Below, piece after piece: positions 1-13,303 of a stretch of 64,000 bases of DNA (the stretch's first letter is position 1; each line of letters begins with the position of its first letter). This DNA comes from the human T2T-CHM13v2.0 reference genome, Homo sapiens: assembly GCF_009914755.1 (NCBI RefSeq), contig NC_060947.1; one strand, 5' to 3'. The notes beneath the pieces are model-generated. The model was given only the letters and a program-made list of their open reading frames with translations, was not told the origin of the DNA and did no database searches. Position numbers and translations under genes: made by a program.

Positions 1-2269
1 ATCCACAAATAGTTTAGTAACATGGGAATCTCCTTACTATATATCCCTTCTGATCTTCCTTCACCTTACCTTTTCCTTGAACATAGCTATAATAAACTCC
101 ATACTTCTGGATAATGCCACAGCCAAATATTAGATTTTGATCCAATCAAAGAAGGGTCATTTTGAACTCTGAGTTCTGGGCCCCAAGAGGCCTATAACTC
201 TCTTTAGGTACTTAATATTATTACAGTAGTAATAAAACAAAAAATTAGCTTTTCTATTATGTAGGATAGTGTACTCATATTCCTAGATCTTTGTCAATGG
301 CAGTCAGCCACGAATGAGAACAATTAAGGCATTCAGTAGATTCAAATGAGAATCGTATCAATTTCACTGCCTTTATACTGTTCCTGTTTAATTGAATATG
401 TTACAAAAAAATGACTATTGTGGTCAAAGAAAGCAAGTGTAAAAATGTTTCAATAAACTTTACATCACTGTACAACCCAAAAGCTGGGTTTAATGTGGTG
501 GGGGAACGCTTTCAGTAACATCATAAAGCAGATGTCTGAAATTGCTGAAAACTGTAACTTGGCCTAAAATCCAAAGTCTTAACCCAACAAAGATTTTATG
601 TTTCAGAAACCTTTTCCAAACAAAAAGGGACTCTGACTATCCTGATTATTTTGAAGAGGTCCCTATTTTTTCCTTGAAAATTAAAAGAACAAAATGTTTA
701 TGAAGTAGTAAAATTTCATTGGTTAGCTTTATACTGGGACAATCTACTTTCATGAATACTAACAAACACTATTACTGTTTAGGTTTACCTTTATGTTATT
801 ATTATTGCCAAGATAATAATTGAGAAGTTGATTAAAAATGCCAGGAAAGCAACATTGACAATTTTCTTCTGGGGGCTGGAGTAAGTGGGGTGACTTGGAG
901 TGCACCATTACCGGTGTTGGTCTTACGCCAGCACCACCTAACTTCTTGCATATGGCACTGAGTTTGCTTAAGCAAGACTTCTCTGCCTTGACACCCCACT
1001 GTGTTAGGACTCTTGACCAGGCTTTATTCATCTCTTTATGAAACACCCACACAACCATCCTGATTGAAACTTCACTTTTCTCCAAACTCATTTTCAGTCA
1101 TCTTTGAGGGTGTTCCAACATTCACCTCCTCCGACTCAGTTTAAAATAACAACGGAGCTTGGAAAATAATTTGTCCACAATGAAACCTAATTAATTGAGT
1201 TTTTTGATTTTATACATTTTTTTTTTCATTCACAATGGGTTAGAAGCATTTCCCTACATAATGTGGCTCATTATAAGATCTTAATTACATCTGGGATTTC
1301 AGAGCCTTGTATGGCAACTGTCATCTTGCCACAAAAAATTATGTGTAAAAATGTCACATGATGTGGACAGTCTTAGGAGAGGCTGCACACTGGTTTCTAA
1401 CATCCTTTGTCTCTTCCAACAGACTGGACAGAAGTGAACATTCCTTTCCTTCTCCTCTGTAAAAATAGTATATGTTTAATAATTTTCATGAATGTTTTCT
1501 AAGTGACTACAATAAATTAAAAACAGATAACTACTTAGCCATTAAGGCTTGAAAAAAATGCAGCTTTTGATTTCTGCTAAGAATAAGAATAGGCTGCTGG
1601 GGAAAGGACCCAATTTAAGACTTAAAATGAAGCATCAAAAGTAGTTTTAGAGAAAACGTGGCAAACGTTGTAAAATTAAATAAATATCTAGTTATTGATA
1701 AGCAATTCATTAACATCTATAGTCATAACTCTATTAACAAAAATAAAAAATAAAAATTAATGTCATTACTTTTGCATTTGAATGTATGTATTTCATTAGT
1801 GAGGGCCTTTTCGTAAGATTGAAAAAGCTCCATAGATATTATCTAAGTCTCCTTCACTAACGCCAGTTGAAGGCAATTAACTACAATTTATTAGGATGAG
1901 TGAAGGAACCATGACCTAGAGACAGTAAAAGATTTTCTAGTGATATAAGGAGCTACAGCCAGGTTTTGAGCATTATATCTTCTCATTTTCAGTAGAGTTT
2001 TACCATTAGACCTTGTCACGCAATACAACATCTGCAAAGGATACTTCTCCAAATAATAGGACAGATTATTTAACATCATTCAAGGAAAGCCTTTCACATA
2101 CTGATTGTGTAAAAAGCTATCATGTAGATAATCCTGGAAAATTGCAAAACTGGTCTTTCTTTTAAAATGCAATTATGGGGTGAGTACAGTCCGTATTTTT
2201 GTAGGAATAATAACTTTGAATATCTATGTGCTACCACTGTGGCAAACACAAGACTAAGGTGTTTACTAT

Positions 2270-2410
2270 TATTATCTCAACCATGTGAAGTTAAAACACT
2301 ATCCCTTCTTACAGATGAGGAAACGGATTCGGAGGACATTAAATAATTTGCTCAAGACTGCAGAGCTAGTGAGGTCCAAAGTCAAGATTGAAATCCAGGT
2401 CTCCTTTGGT
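2270..2410. mobile_element. MIR SINE fragment
   Basis: Core motif ttacagatgaggaaac...taaataatttgctcaag...agagctagt. Confidence 0.75.
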
Positions 2411-3029
2411 CACTACAAATGTGAAAAATATTTAAGAAGAAAATAATTTGAAAATCTTTGCCTATCGGTTAGCTTTTTATCTGAATGAATTCTTTCTTTG
2501 TCGCAAATGGATCCTGTAGGCATTAGGACTTCACTATTCTGGTTTAATGGGCATCAAGGGAGGAACACATCCTGATACAAACAACCCGGTGAGAGTATCC
2601 CAGTTTGGTCAGCACCAGCAGTTTCACTGTTTTTCTTCCATCCTGGGAGAATGGGCCTTTCTGGCATCTATGCGTTAAAGGCTGATAATCTTCACTAAGC
2701 CATTTGCATTTCTTTTCTTATGGCAACTGGTTTCTGGGAACAAAACATCTCTGGAATCACCCAACATAAAGTTCTGAGTTCATTATACTGAGTGGTTTTG
2801 CTCTTGTTGAGTTTTTTTATGCATGACCTTTTTGCATCATCTATTCTATTAATGCATCATGTTTGGTATTATTTTCGATGCAAATAGCACAGAAATCAAG
2901 TTGGTCACAGTTTAGCCAAGTGAGAAACCCTAAGTTTCAAGCAATAAATATCTTCCTTTCATTTTGGGGATGAGGTGAAGCTCTGGTATTGAGTTAGGGC
3001 CTTTTGGCCCCAATTCCTTGCTCCTTCCT

Positions 3030-3382
3030 TGTAATTTTGCAGGTCTTTGCATTCTCACTCTGGGCTCACCCAGGGGACGTCTTTGACAAACCTCATGTTA
3101 GCTAATGTGACACAGACAGGGGCTTAAAAAGAATGTGTGTAATTGGTCCTGCCTTTACTCCTTCATCTCTGCAATCAGGGTGAGAGCAGACTTGAGCTGG
3201 ATTGTAGGAGGATGAGACAGATGTGCAGCAGTCGGGTTGCCACAGTTATCAGTCTGCCATGTGAGGGAGCCAAGATCAGCAGGGCTTCCTAGTTGACACT
3301 CAGTTGACTCCAGATGCATAAGCAATATGAATTCTACTTAGGCCCTGTGGTTGTTGGCTATTCAGCAAAAGCCAACGGATAC
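3030..3382 (+). mobile_element. Old MLT1-type (MaLR) LTR fragment
   Basis: End motif cagcaaaagccaacggataca resembles MLT1 3' termini; heavily diverged. Confidence 0.5.
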
Positions 3383-3461
3383 AGAGCCCATCAGTCAAGG
3401 CCAAGGCTACATGTACTCCCAAAGTGTCCATGACGATTTGATTTAAGAAATTTCAGGAGAG

Positions 3462-3741
3462 GGCTGGGTGCAGTGGCTCATGCCTGTAATCCCAACACTT
3501 TGGGAGGCCAAGGTGGGTGGATCACTTGAGGCCAGGAGTTGAGACCAGCCTGGCCAACATGGCGAAATCCCATCTCTACTAAAAATACAAAAATTAGCCA
3601 GGCGTGGTAGCACATGTTTGTAATCCCAGCTACTCAGGAGGCTGAGGCAGGAGAATCATTTGAACTCTGGGGGTGGAGGTTGTAGTGAGCCGAGATCATG
3701 ACACTGCACTCCAGCCTGGGCAGCAGAGCAAGACTGTCTGA

Positions 3742-3818
<77 letters not shown>

Positions 3819-3844
3819 TATATGAAAGAATAAAAGAAAACCAA
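3462..3844 (+). mobile_element. AluS with microsatellite-converted tail
   Basis: Full dimeric Alu; 17-bp TSD aagaaatttcaggagag at 3445-3461 and 3845-3861. Confidence 0.95.
3747..3814. repeat. Compound microsatellite (TA)14(CA)20
   Basis: Read directly. Confidence 0.97.
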
Positions 3845-3879
3845 AAGAAATTTCAGGAGAGACATAACCATCTGAGGAA

Positions 3880-4492
3880 GACATGCCCTAGGATGGTCCC
3901 CAGGATTCCAACTCCCTGGTATTCATAACTGTGTAATATTATCTCCTTAGTGTAAACAGGACCTGTCATCTGCTTCTAACCAACAGAATATGGCAAAGGA
4001 CAAAGGTCTATCACTTTTATTACTCCTGTTTTTATATTACATTATATGACAAAGGCGAAGGCGAAGGGAGTTTACAGATATAATTAAGGTCCCTAATTAT
4101 TTGATTTGGAGCTAATCAAATGGCAGATTATTCTGGGTGAGTCTGACCTAGTCAAGTGAGTCCTTTAAAGACAGGTTTGGAGGTGACAGATTTGAAGTAG
4201 CAGACTCTCTCCCTTGCTGGCCTTGACGAAGCAAGCTGCCATGAATTCCACAACCACAATGAAACAAATTTGTCAACAAATGGAGGGAGCTAAGAAGTAG
4301 ATTCTTCCTTAGTTGAGTCTCCAGATGAATGCAGCCCAGCCAACACCTTAATTTCAGACTGTGACACCCTAAGAAGAAGACCCAGCTCAACTATGCCAGA
4401 ATCCTAACCCATGGAAACTGAAATAATAAGTGGGTATTGTTTTAAACTGCTAAGTTTTTGGAAATTTGTTTCACAGCAATAGAAAACTGTTA
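3880..4492 (+). mobile_element. MLT1E/D-like MaLR LTR
   Basis: tgcttctaaccaacagaatatggcaaagg; ctccagatgaatgcagcccagccaacacctt; ends cacagcaatagaaaact. Confidence 0.8.
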
Positions 4493-5021
4493 GCACTTTT
4501 CCTGAATCAGACGAAAATGATTTGAGAGAAATATAGCATTTCTCACATGGGCCAAGAACCACTCTTTTGGTATAAAATGACTCCAAATGTTTTCTTTTTC
4601 CGGTTAGACTATTCACTCATCAACAGACGTTGGTTCTATCAGTCCTCTATGTATTTTCAGAGAACCTTCCTTGGTGTTTTACAATGAATCATCTCTCCAT
4701 TTTCTACCTGCTCTTCTCAGACCTTCACGTGCTTCTTTTCTCTTACCTTGGAATTTCTGATCATCTTTTGAATTTCATCTTCTTCAAGTTTGATACAATC
4801 CCTGGTTCAGTTTATCCCAAATATGCTAGTGATATTAATCACAAAATATTGAGAAAACAATTCCTTAAGTGAAGACAAAATACATTAATTATATTCCCCC
4901 CTTTTTGTTGTGTTTTTCCTTCCATGCTACATAGTATAGTAGTGTGTGTGGATCAGTGTGTTATGGTCTCAGTATTTAGCATGTAATCATGTAGATATTA
5001 TACATTTACCTTGTTTTAAAT

Positions 5022-5239
5022 TAGGGTTTCTCAACTTCGACATTACTGACATTTTGGGCCAGATAGTTCTCTGTTGTTGGGGGATTTCTTGTGCATTGTG
5101 GGAGATTTCCCATCTTTCCTCACTTCTACCCACTAGATGCCAATAGCACCCTCCTCCTAGGTTTTGAGAACCAAAAGTCTCTAGAGACATTGTCAAATGT
5201 CCCTTAGGGGGCAAAACTGCCCTTGTTGAGAATCACTGC
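5022..5239. mobile_element. MER20 (hAT-Charlie) DNA transposon
   Basis: TIR-like ends gtttctcaac...gttgagaatcactg; internal gacattttgggccagata. Confidence 0.85.
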
Positions 5240-5429
5240 TTATATGAAGGAGTGACTATTTAGTATGATATTAGTGATCATAGATTAACTTGTGTTTCAG
5301 GTTTATGGTGAAGCACAATCAAGGTTTAAAATTTTACTAGACTTTAATTCCACGTTAAGTTTATGGTATATGTAGCCAAGATCAGTGAAATACAATAAGC
5401 TCATACAGCTGGAAAAATGCATTTAAAAA

Positions 5430-5810
5430 TCATGTCATCTCTCTGAAGGGCAATTTGGCAATGTCAAGTAAAATTAAATGCAAATAATCTTTTCCTAGAA
5501 ATTGCACCTCAAGAGATTATACTACAGATATAATTCCCCGTGTGTGGAAGGAGAGATATTCAAGGATATCTTGAACATCCTTGGGGATACTGGGGCATTG
5601 TTTGTAAGGGCCAAAGATTGGAAACAAGCTAAATAAACATCTATAGAAGATGGGATAAATAAATTAGAGCATATCTTTAAAATAGGATATGATACTGCCT
5701 CAAAAAGGAATGAGGCAGTTCTTTATTTGTGCTGAAATGGAATGATATCTCAGACATAATATTTATTGAAAAAAACAAGGTAAAGCATTGTGTATGATAT
5801 GCACATGTAG
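5430..5810 (+). mobile_element. Old L1M(E) 3' fragment
   Basis: ctgaagggcaatttggcaatg; aaagattggaaacaagctaaat. Confidence 0.6.
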
Positions 5811-7622
5811 AAAAATATTTTAGAGAATTAGTATTTCTTTATGATTTGCAGTAGGGCATATAGAGTCAGAAATGAGGAATGATACCAGAAGAATTCAAAA
5901 TCCTAGAAGGTGAGCAAAATGTTACTAAACCATTGCTATACAGGCCTTCTGCGACTTGCCCCAAAAAGCACTTCAAATATCTGAGGACACTGATGATTTT
6001 TTCCCAGGAAAATGGGCCAGACGCAGAGAAGTCTTCCTGGAATTATCTTTTCCTTTCCATCTCTGATGCTGGTGCCATTTGCAGGTCCTGGCTATTTCTG
6101 CCTCAGTGAATTACTACGAAACTTCCCAGCTGATGTCTCTGCTTCTGGTCCTGCCCTGTTCCTCTCCACTCTCCACAGTGCTCCTGAGTCACCTTCTAGT
6201 TATACCTCTGATTACATTACTGTCCTGCATGACTCTCAAGCCCACAGGGTAAAATCCAAACATGGTATGGCCTGGGTAGCCCTCTGCAATCTAGCTCTTG
6301 CCTGTGAATTAGGATTAGGTGACTGAGGATTAAGGATTAAGAACATGTGCTTTTTGGAGCTAGGCCAATATAGGTTTGAGCCCTGGTTCTATTTCTCTAT
6401 CTTCATTTCTCACTGTCTCCCTTTCCTCACTTACCAGCCAGGCTTAATTAGGCAAGACCTCCCACTATGCCCTGCTACGTTACATCTTGATAGATTTGCT
6501 TATGATGACATAGCTGTCCGGTACAGCCTTAACTTGCTAAAATGCACCCGCTTTTTTTCAAGACTTAGTTTAACCACAACTTCCCCCAAGACATTTTTGT
6601 CCCACTCACCATTTCTGACCTTTCTATATTCCCTACTGACTCAGGCAGCTTGCCAGAGCTGTTCTTGACATTGCATGACTTTCTCCACTTTCATTTAAAA
6701 ATTACACATTCTTGGTAAATGGCAAGATTTTAATAAAAGCTTCCACGGCAGGCCAATTATAGGGTAGAAGGTGAGGGAGTTGAGGAGAGGAAGTTGGAGA
6801 AGTTGGGGAGAGTGGATATAAGGAAGGTAGGGGGAGCCATTTGTTGGTATGGGTCATTTATACTTTAGTCCCTTAGAACTTGGTGTATTTCTGCATCACT
6901 CTTTTAATTAATCCTAAATCAAATTTCTATGTTAAGCATCGTATGACTCAGAATTACTTGTGCTAGGAAAGAGCAGTTTGTAGTTAAGAGAGAAAAGGTT
7001 TATATAATAAAAGCACATTAAATTGATATGAATTTATTCAAAACATCTCTTTGTTGAAACATGACTGCTATTCTATTCTGTTCTATTTTGACATATTGTA
7101 TTTTTCTTTGTTAAAGAAGTTTCAAGCTTGCTCCCGTGAAAAGCCATGTCTTCTGGTCCATTGCCATTTGCCCAGTTCAATTTAAATAACTCTGTGGGTT
7201 GGAGGACTGCTTCCTCTGTTATCATCTCTGTGGCCTGCTACTACTGCTATTTGAAATCACCAAGTTATCTCTGATGCCAGATATCAAATAGGCCTCAGTG
7301 AGAGGGGGCACCTCTAATGTTTCAGGTAAGGTTGGAAATTCTTCCCGGGTGGGGCCAGTTACTAACATTTTAAGTGATGGGCCCAGCTCTCTCCTCTGAA
7401 TGGGACCAGGTATTTAACTTTCTTTGGCTATTTATTTTATTAAATCCTTTCTTTTAAAATATGTGAAGTAACACTCAGGAAAGTACATAAAACTAAATGT
7501 ATGATAAAATGACTAAAGCATGTAACTTTCACCTAGAAATTGCCATTAACCCCAAGAACCCCTGTATATTTCTTTCCAGTGGTGCCACTTGCCCTTTAAT
7601 CCTGGAGGTAGCCATCATCCTG

Positions 7623-7846
7623 ACTTTTTATTTTTATTTTTTTGAGACAGCATTCTCACTGTTGCCCCGGCTGGAGTACTGTAGTGTGATCTCTGCCCAC
7701 TGCAACCTCTGCTTCTTGGGCTCAAGCCATCCTCCTGCCTCAGCCTCCTGAGTAGTTGGGACTACAGGTGTGTGTCACCACACCCCGCTAATTTTTGTAT
7801 TTTTTTTGTATTTTTTGTAGAGATGGGGTTTCACCAGGTTGCCCAG
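7623..7846 (-). mobile_element. Truncated Alu (AluJ-like)
   Basis: T-rich tail, then gagacag...cctcagcctcctgagtag; left arm truncated. Confidence 0.9.
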
Positions 7847-7891
7847 GGTTTATAGTTTTAACACCTATGAATGTTTCTTTAAGCAAAATAG

Positions 7892-7897
7892 TTTATT
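7892..7897 (-). terminator. Candidate intronic polyadenylation signal AATAAA
   Basis: Plus-strand tttatt about 170 nt downstream of the read-through stop codon. Confidence 0.4.
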
Positions 7898-7935
7898 TTG
7901 ATCTTTAAGTTATGAACCTATATGTGGATTAATAC

Positions 7936-8006
7936 TATATATATATATTTGTTTCTCTCTCTATGTATCTCTCTATATATTTGTTTCTCTCTATATATTT
8001 GTTTCT
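7936..8006. repeat. Short tandem repeat, about 3 copies of ctatatatttgtttct(ct)
   Basis: Read directly. Confidence 0.8.
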
Positions 8007-8064
8007 GGCTTCTTTCCCTTAACATCCATGTGGTTTGCTAGAGGTCATTAATTTTCATCAATAT

Positions 8065-8412
<348 letters not shown>

Positions 8413-8734
8413 TTATCAGTGGAAAAGCACACACAACTGGGATACCATTTCAGAGGAGATGTTTGACAGTTAAGCAGGTCCTTCTCAATAGGTCCATCAG
8501 GACTACTATCCTAGAGATGGTGACCCCAATCTAAAGAATATCTGATTGGCTGGTTATTGCTTTTGTTTTTAATAAGGAGTGTGACTAGAGTCAGCCAGTA
8601 TGGACTTTCTGTGTTTATCATGAGATCATGAGAATATGTTTGGGAGGTTAAACAAATAATACTTTCTTGTGCATGAAGGAAAACTTGTCAAATAAAAAGT
8701 AAACAAGATAAAGTTTCATAGCTGCATTCACTTT

Positions 8735-8952
8735 GGGAGGTTGGCTAACTTTTTCAGTAAAGGCCTTGATGGTAAATGTTTCCAGCTTTGTGGGCCATAC
8801 AGTCTCTGTTGCAACTAGTCAACTCTGCCATTGTAGCATGAAAACAGTCACAACTTATACATGTGGGCATGGCCAGGTTCCAATAAAACTTTATTTACAA
8901 ATATAGGTAGAGGGTCAGATTTGGGCTGTAACCCAAAGTTCACCAACCCCTG
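8735..8952. mobile_element. MER58A DNA transposon (orientation A)
   Basis: gttggctaactttttcagtaaaggcc...ccaataaaactttatttacaaa...accaacccctg. Confidence 0.85.
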
Positions 8953-9435
8953 ACCTATTAATACGTGGTGCCAGATACTTATATCTTTAGGCACCCAATT
9001 GAAAAAATACTTATGTTTGTTATCCTACAAAAAATCAGCCACATAATTGTTTGAATTTTTCTTTCATTAGATGTTTCGATGACTTACATAAAAAAAAGAA
9101 CTTACTAGTCCAGCCCTATTTTCTTCTCATTTCTCAACTCATGCGATATTTCAAATTCAGAAGACCATGATTCATAGTCAATCATATCTAAAAGGTACAT
9201 TTTCCTTCCCCAAGGAAAAAACTTTTTTTTGGCATTTGGTTAATTTATCATTGTAGAAGGCTGCTGTTTTATTTCTTTAACACATTCTGGAGCAGAGAAG
9301 TCTAAGTCCTACCAAAATAATGAGTTTAAAATGACTTCTACTGAATTGATTTCAGTAACTGGTTTTATGAGAAGAGTATGTGAGCAAGGAAAATATGAGA
9401 AAATGAGTGCTTTGCATTGTAAATAATATTTTAGA

Positions 9436-9652
9436 GGGAGGGGTTGGCAAACTGTGACTGTGGGCCAAGTCTGGCCCACTGCCTGTTTTTGTAAATAAAG
9501 TTTTATTGGAACACAGCCAGATTCATTCATTTATGTATTGTCTATGGCTGCTTTGGAGCAACAGCAAAGTTGAGTAGTTGTGGCCATATGGACTGCAAAG
9601 CCTAAAGTGTCTACTATCTGGTGGTTTGCAGTCAAAGTTTGCTGACCTCTGG
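9436..9652. mobile_element. MER58A DNA transposon (orientation B, inverted relative to the 8735 copy)
   Basis: ggggttggcaaact...gtttttgtaaataaagttttattggaacacagcc...tttgctgacctctg. Confidence 0.88.
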
Positions 9653-11039
9653 TTTAGAGAATTGATCCAGGGCCTTTACTTCCACTCTTCTACCCACTAG
9701 AATCTCACTTCAAAAGGAGAAACATACCTGCACTCTACAAACTAGGAGCAACCTTTGCTTGTACTATTTCAGAGTTATTTCCTGCTCTAAATTATGATTA
9801 GAATTGATGAGTCCTAAGCAAACCCAAAGAGGAAGAAAAGTTTATAAAAACTGTAAATTTAAACTCTGCGTTAGTAGTCTTCACTTTGCTTTTTGAATAT
9901 ACCTCTAGGACAAGTATCACAGAAGCAAGTCTACGGTATTAAGTCAATTAGCTTAGCTTTATCTATTGGTTCTGAATTCCAGAAACATTGTTGAGCACCT
10001 CCAACGTGACAGGCATGGCATTAAATTGTGCATTAAGACAGAAGGGTTCTACATAACCTTTAAAGCATTCTTTCTGGAATATGTATTTGTACATCTGTCT
10101 CCTGAAGTATTCACATGTGAGATTTAGTGTCATGTGGTATGACTTGGATGTGCATGAATCAGTGACACCAATCAGGATATGCATTCCACGGAGGAGGTCC
10201 AGCTGCATCGTAAAATGTGCTTATTATTGTCTGTGTGGTCCCTGTTGGTGTGGGATCACTCCTGCATGGACCAGTGAAGAAATACTTACTCTCTCACAAT
10301 TTAAACAGTTCATTGAATTATTTCTCCATCAACCATTGTAGAAAAATTTTGTTCTGTATTGCAATATACAATTAAATAGAAAGAAAACGTATGTTCAAAA
10401 TAGGCAAGTAGCTGTGAGACACATGGTAGTAGCCATAATCAGGAAGGAAATGTCACCTCTATGGGTTATTAACTTGATATACCACTTAGAGGCATGTCAT
10501 AGGAAAAAAAAAATCTTGTTTTTACAATGAGACAGGCTAACCTTATTTTGACTGTAAACCCAATGAGTTTGTCCTGAGAAGTCAATACTCAATTTAGTGT
10601 AAATGAGAACAGCAGCATGCTGCCAATTTCAATACTCATGGAATCAGTACCAGAAGTGTTATTTTCTTGTCTCTGTCACAAACACCACCCAAGGAATGGT
10701 GGGCTAATACTCCACAAAGACTTCATTTCCTGCTTACAAATGTCATAAACTATTTGGACTTGGCAGTATCAGCCAAGCATCATATGTTATGGTCAGGATC
10801 GATGTTATGTCTAGAAATGGACTGAATTTGTATTTGGGGTTGACAGCTCAGAAGACATAATAGCAGGTACCCCATATGGCCTTTAGTTTGAAATAAACAG
10901 CCATCGGGATGAAATATGGTGTATGTTACAATTCAGTCTAAACTACTTTCACAATTTCCCCTTTAATCAATACTTTTGCATTCCTATAGAGATTAAAATG
11001 GGTATATGTTGTTGAAATACTATGAAATAATTATTGGGA

Positions 11040-11530
11040 AATGGCAAGGGCACATTCTTGTCAATAAGACTGATTCTGGGCAGAATGGCCATGTGCCTAG
11101 GCAAATACTTAATTTTCCAGTCTTTTCTGTCCCTGGACATGACCTTGTAACACAGATACAGCCCACCAGACATAAGTGGAAGTTTGCTAGGCGGGTCTTC
11201 TGATCAAGCTTTTTGTTTTTCTGATAAACAAACTTCACTGGCAGAGCATTTTGTCCATCGTTTCCCCTCCACCCCTTTCTTTTTGCCTAGAGCTTGAGCA
11301 CAACACTTGGAGGTGGAGTAGTCATGTTGTGATCATGTGGCAAAAAGGCAACACAATGAAGGCGGCAGAGGAGGAAAAAAGAAAGAGCCTGGGGTCTGAG
11401 GTCGTCACTGAACCACTGCCCAGCCCTGGAACACAGGCTTCTCTTCTGTGACTGTAATACAAACACTCCTTGATGGTTTTATTCACTGCTAGTTGGATTT
11501 TTTGTTGCTTGCAACTAAACTCATTCGCAA
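11040..11530 (+). mobile_element. Old MLT1 (K/L-like) LTR
   Basis: agagcctggggtctgaggtcgtcactgaaccactg; end gttggattttttgttgcttgcaactaaactcattc. Confidence 0.6.
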
Positions 11531-11597
11531 ATGATATAAGAAAAAGGAGATTTTTAACAGGATGCCACTGTGAAAAACAGCTTAGCTGGAGAAAGTC

Positions 11598-11801
11598 TAG
11601 ACCTGCACTGTTCAATACAATAGCCACGAGCTACATGTGGTGGTTTAAATTTCAATTAAATTTAGTTGAAGTTAAATAAAAGTAAAAATTCACTAGCCAC
11701 ATTTCAAGTTTTCAATAGCCCCATGTGGGAGGCAGCTAACGCTGGATAGTACAGATATAGAACATATCTATCATCATAGAAAGTTTTATTGGATAGTGTC
11801 A
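11598..11801. mobile_element. MER3 (hAT-Charlie)
   Basis: ctgttcaatacaatagccacgagctacatgtgg...agaaagttttattggatagtg. Confidence 0.8.
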
Positions 11802-13175
11802 GTTTAAATAAATCTCAGAGTTAAAAGCTTAAATAGGAGGGCATTATGTACACAAATATTTGAAACCAAGTTTAGTTCCATACGGTAAATGCTTTTTTAG
11901 TCAATTTCTTTCTTCCTTAATAGGAGTGGTATGTTTGAAAGAGAGAGTTACATAAGATAAGAAGTTTGTGGAATGCCTGCCTGCCTTGCTTGACAATGCA
12001 GAAAGGCTAAAAACGGCACATTGGGTCCTCGCAAAGAAAAAATGCTCATCTTCTGGGTACAATGCTCCCTGAATATAGAACCCCTGGCCTTCTATCCACA
12101 GACTGTAAAAACAAACATCACACAATGTTCCCTTTCTCCTGCTCCACCTTGTTCAATCGCTTTCTCACAAACATGTACACACAGAATTGGAATTGAGAAG
12201 CTCATGTCACGCTAAGTTAGAGACGTGGTCTCTTGAAGGCTGTATGTCTTAAGTGCAGCGCACATCTGGCTTCACTGTGTACATTGTGCTTTCCTGAAGT
12301 CGCAGGCACTGGTGGCTTTGGCTAACACGAATAAGGTTGTCTAAACAGTCCAGGTTCTACCAGTGAATATTCTCAGTTCCTACTTTAGAAGTTGACAGCA
12401 AAGAAAAGTTTAGAAGCATGCTTAGGAATAGGAGTGGCCTGAGGTTTTTGTTGTTTTGTTGTTGTTTTTGTTTTTTAAGCTCAACCAAGGGAGAAACAAA
12501 ACAAAACAAAACACCAACCAGGAAGCACACTGAAACACAGCACTAGGAATTCCAATGTAAATTTGTGACCTTTGCCATGGTGACATTTGCCAAGATAAAA
12601 TTCAGTCTTTTACTAGAAAGAGCAGAAGTTTTTGGAGTTTGTACAGGTCCCAGCCAAATTCTAATTCTGTCATTCCCTAGTTACCTGATTTCCAGCAAGA
12701 CGGCTGATCTCTGTCATTTGCAAAATGGGGATTATAATGCTTTACCTCAACTCGATGTTGTGCAAATTAAAACAAGATCACAAATACAAGGAGATGAAGC
12801 AGTACAGACAACCAATCAGTTAGCTGCCAATTTTTTCTCTGCCAATGTATTGTGAGTTGCTTACTACTATGATATGAAAAATACCACAGAGAGATACTAT
12901 TTTTAGCACCCACACCTTGAGAGTGAGGGAAACAGTGGTAAGTATGCTTTTAATGGTTGAGATTCTCCTTTTTCTCCTGTCCCCAGTTTAGTAATGGGCT
13001 GTGTTGTTTTGATGAAAAAACAAAGGGCAATGCACAGAAATTGTTTATGGAAATATCAGTGCCATTCCTAGGTCAAAAGCCCATTCCTCTGGTTATTGGG
13101 GAATAACTGATCTGGTGGCAAAGTGTTTATATCACTAAGTGTGCACAATATTAAAGAGAACATAAAAGACAATAC

Positions 13176-13303
13176 CTGTAAGGTAATCCAGACATTCTAG
13201 CAGTTTCTTCTCTCGGGAAAAATCTAAGGCAAAGGTGTCAAATGTGTCATTGAGGTTGATTTCAGGAATTAGAACCTGGGAGGATGCAGTTGCCATGGAG
13301 ACT
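13176..13303 (-). CDS. MID1: MID1 coding exon, 128 nt: (R)[42 protein letters not shown] (COS box)
   Basis: Acceptor ttacag|A; donor CAG|gtattg; LDY motif of the COS box; lies within ORF 13135..13584. Confidence 0.96.

Noticed and set aside
759-1091. 110-aa minus-strand ORF
   Set aside because: No recognisable domain, low-complexity Asn tail and no convincing splice sites; this length is expected by chance in 64 kb
6435-6536. Strong donor CTG|gtaagt with a possible 102-nt exon
   Set aside because: The acceptor has almost no pyrimidine tract and there is an immediate stop; isolated donors at 69, 4746 and 32449 likewise lack good acceptors
12445-12512. (GTTTT)n followed by (AAAAC)n, a potential fold-back
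   Set aside because: Low-complexity repeats with imperfect pairing
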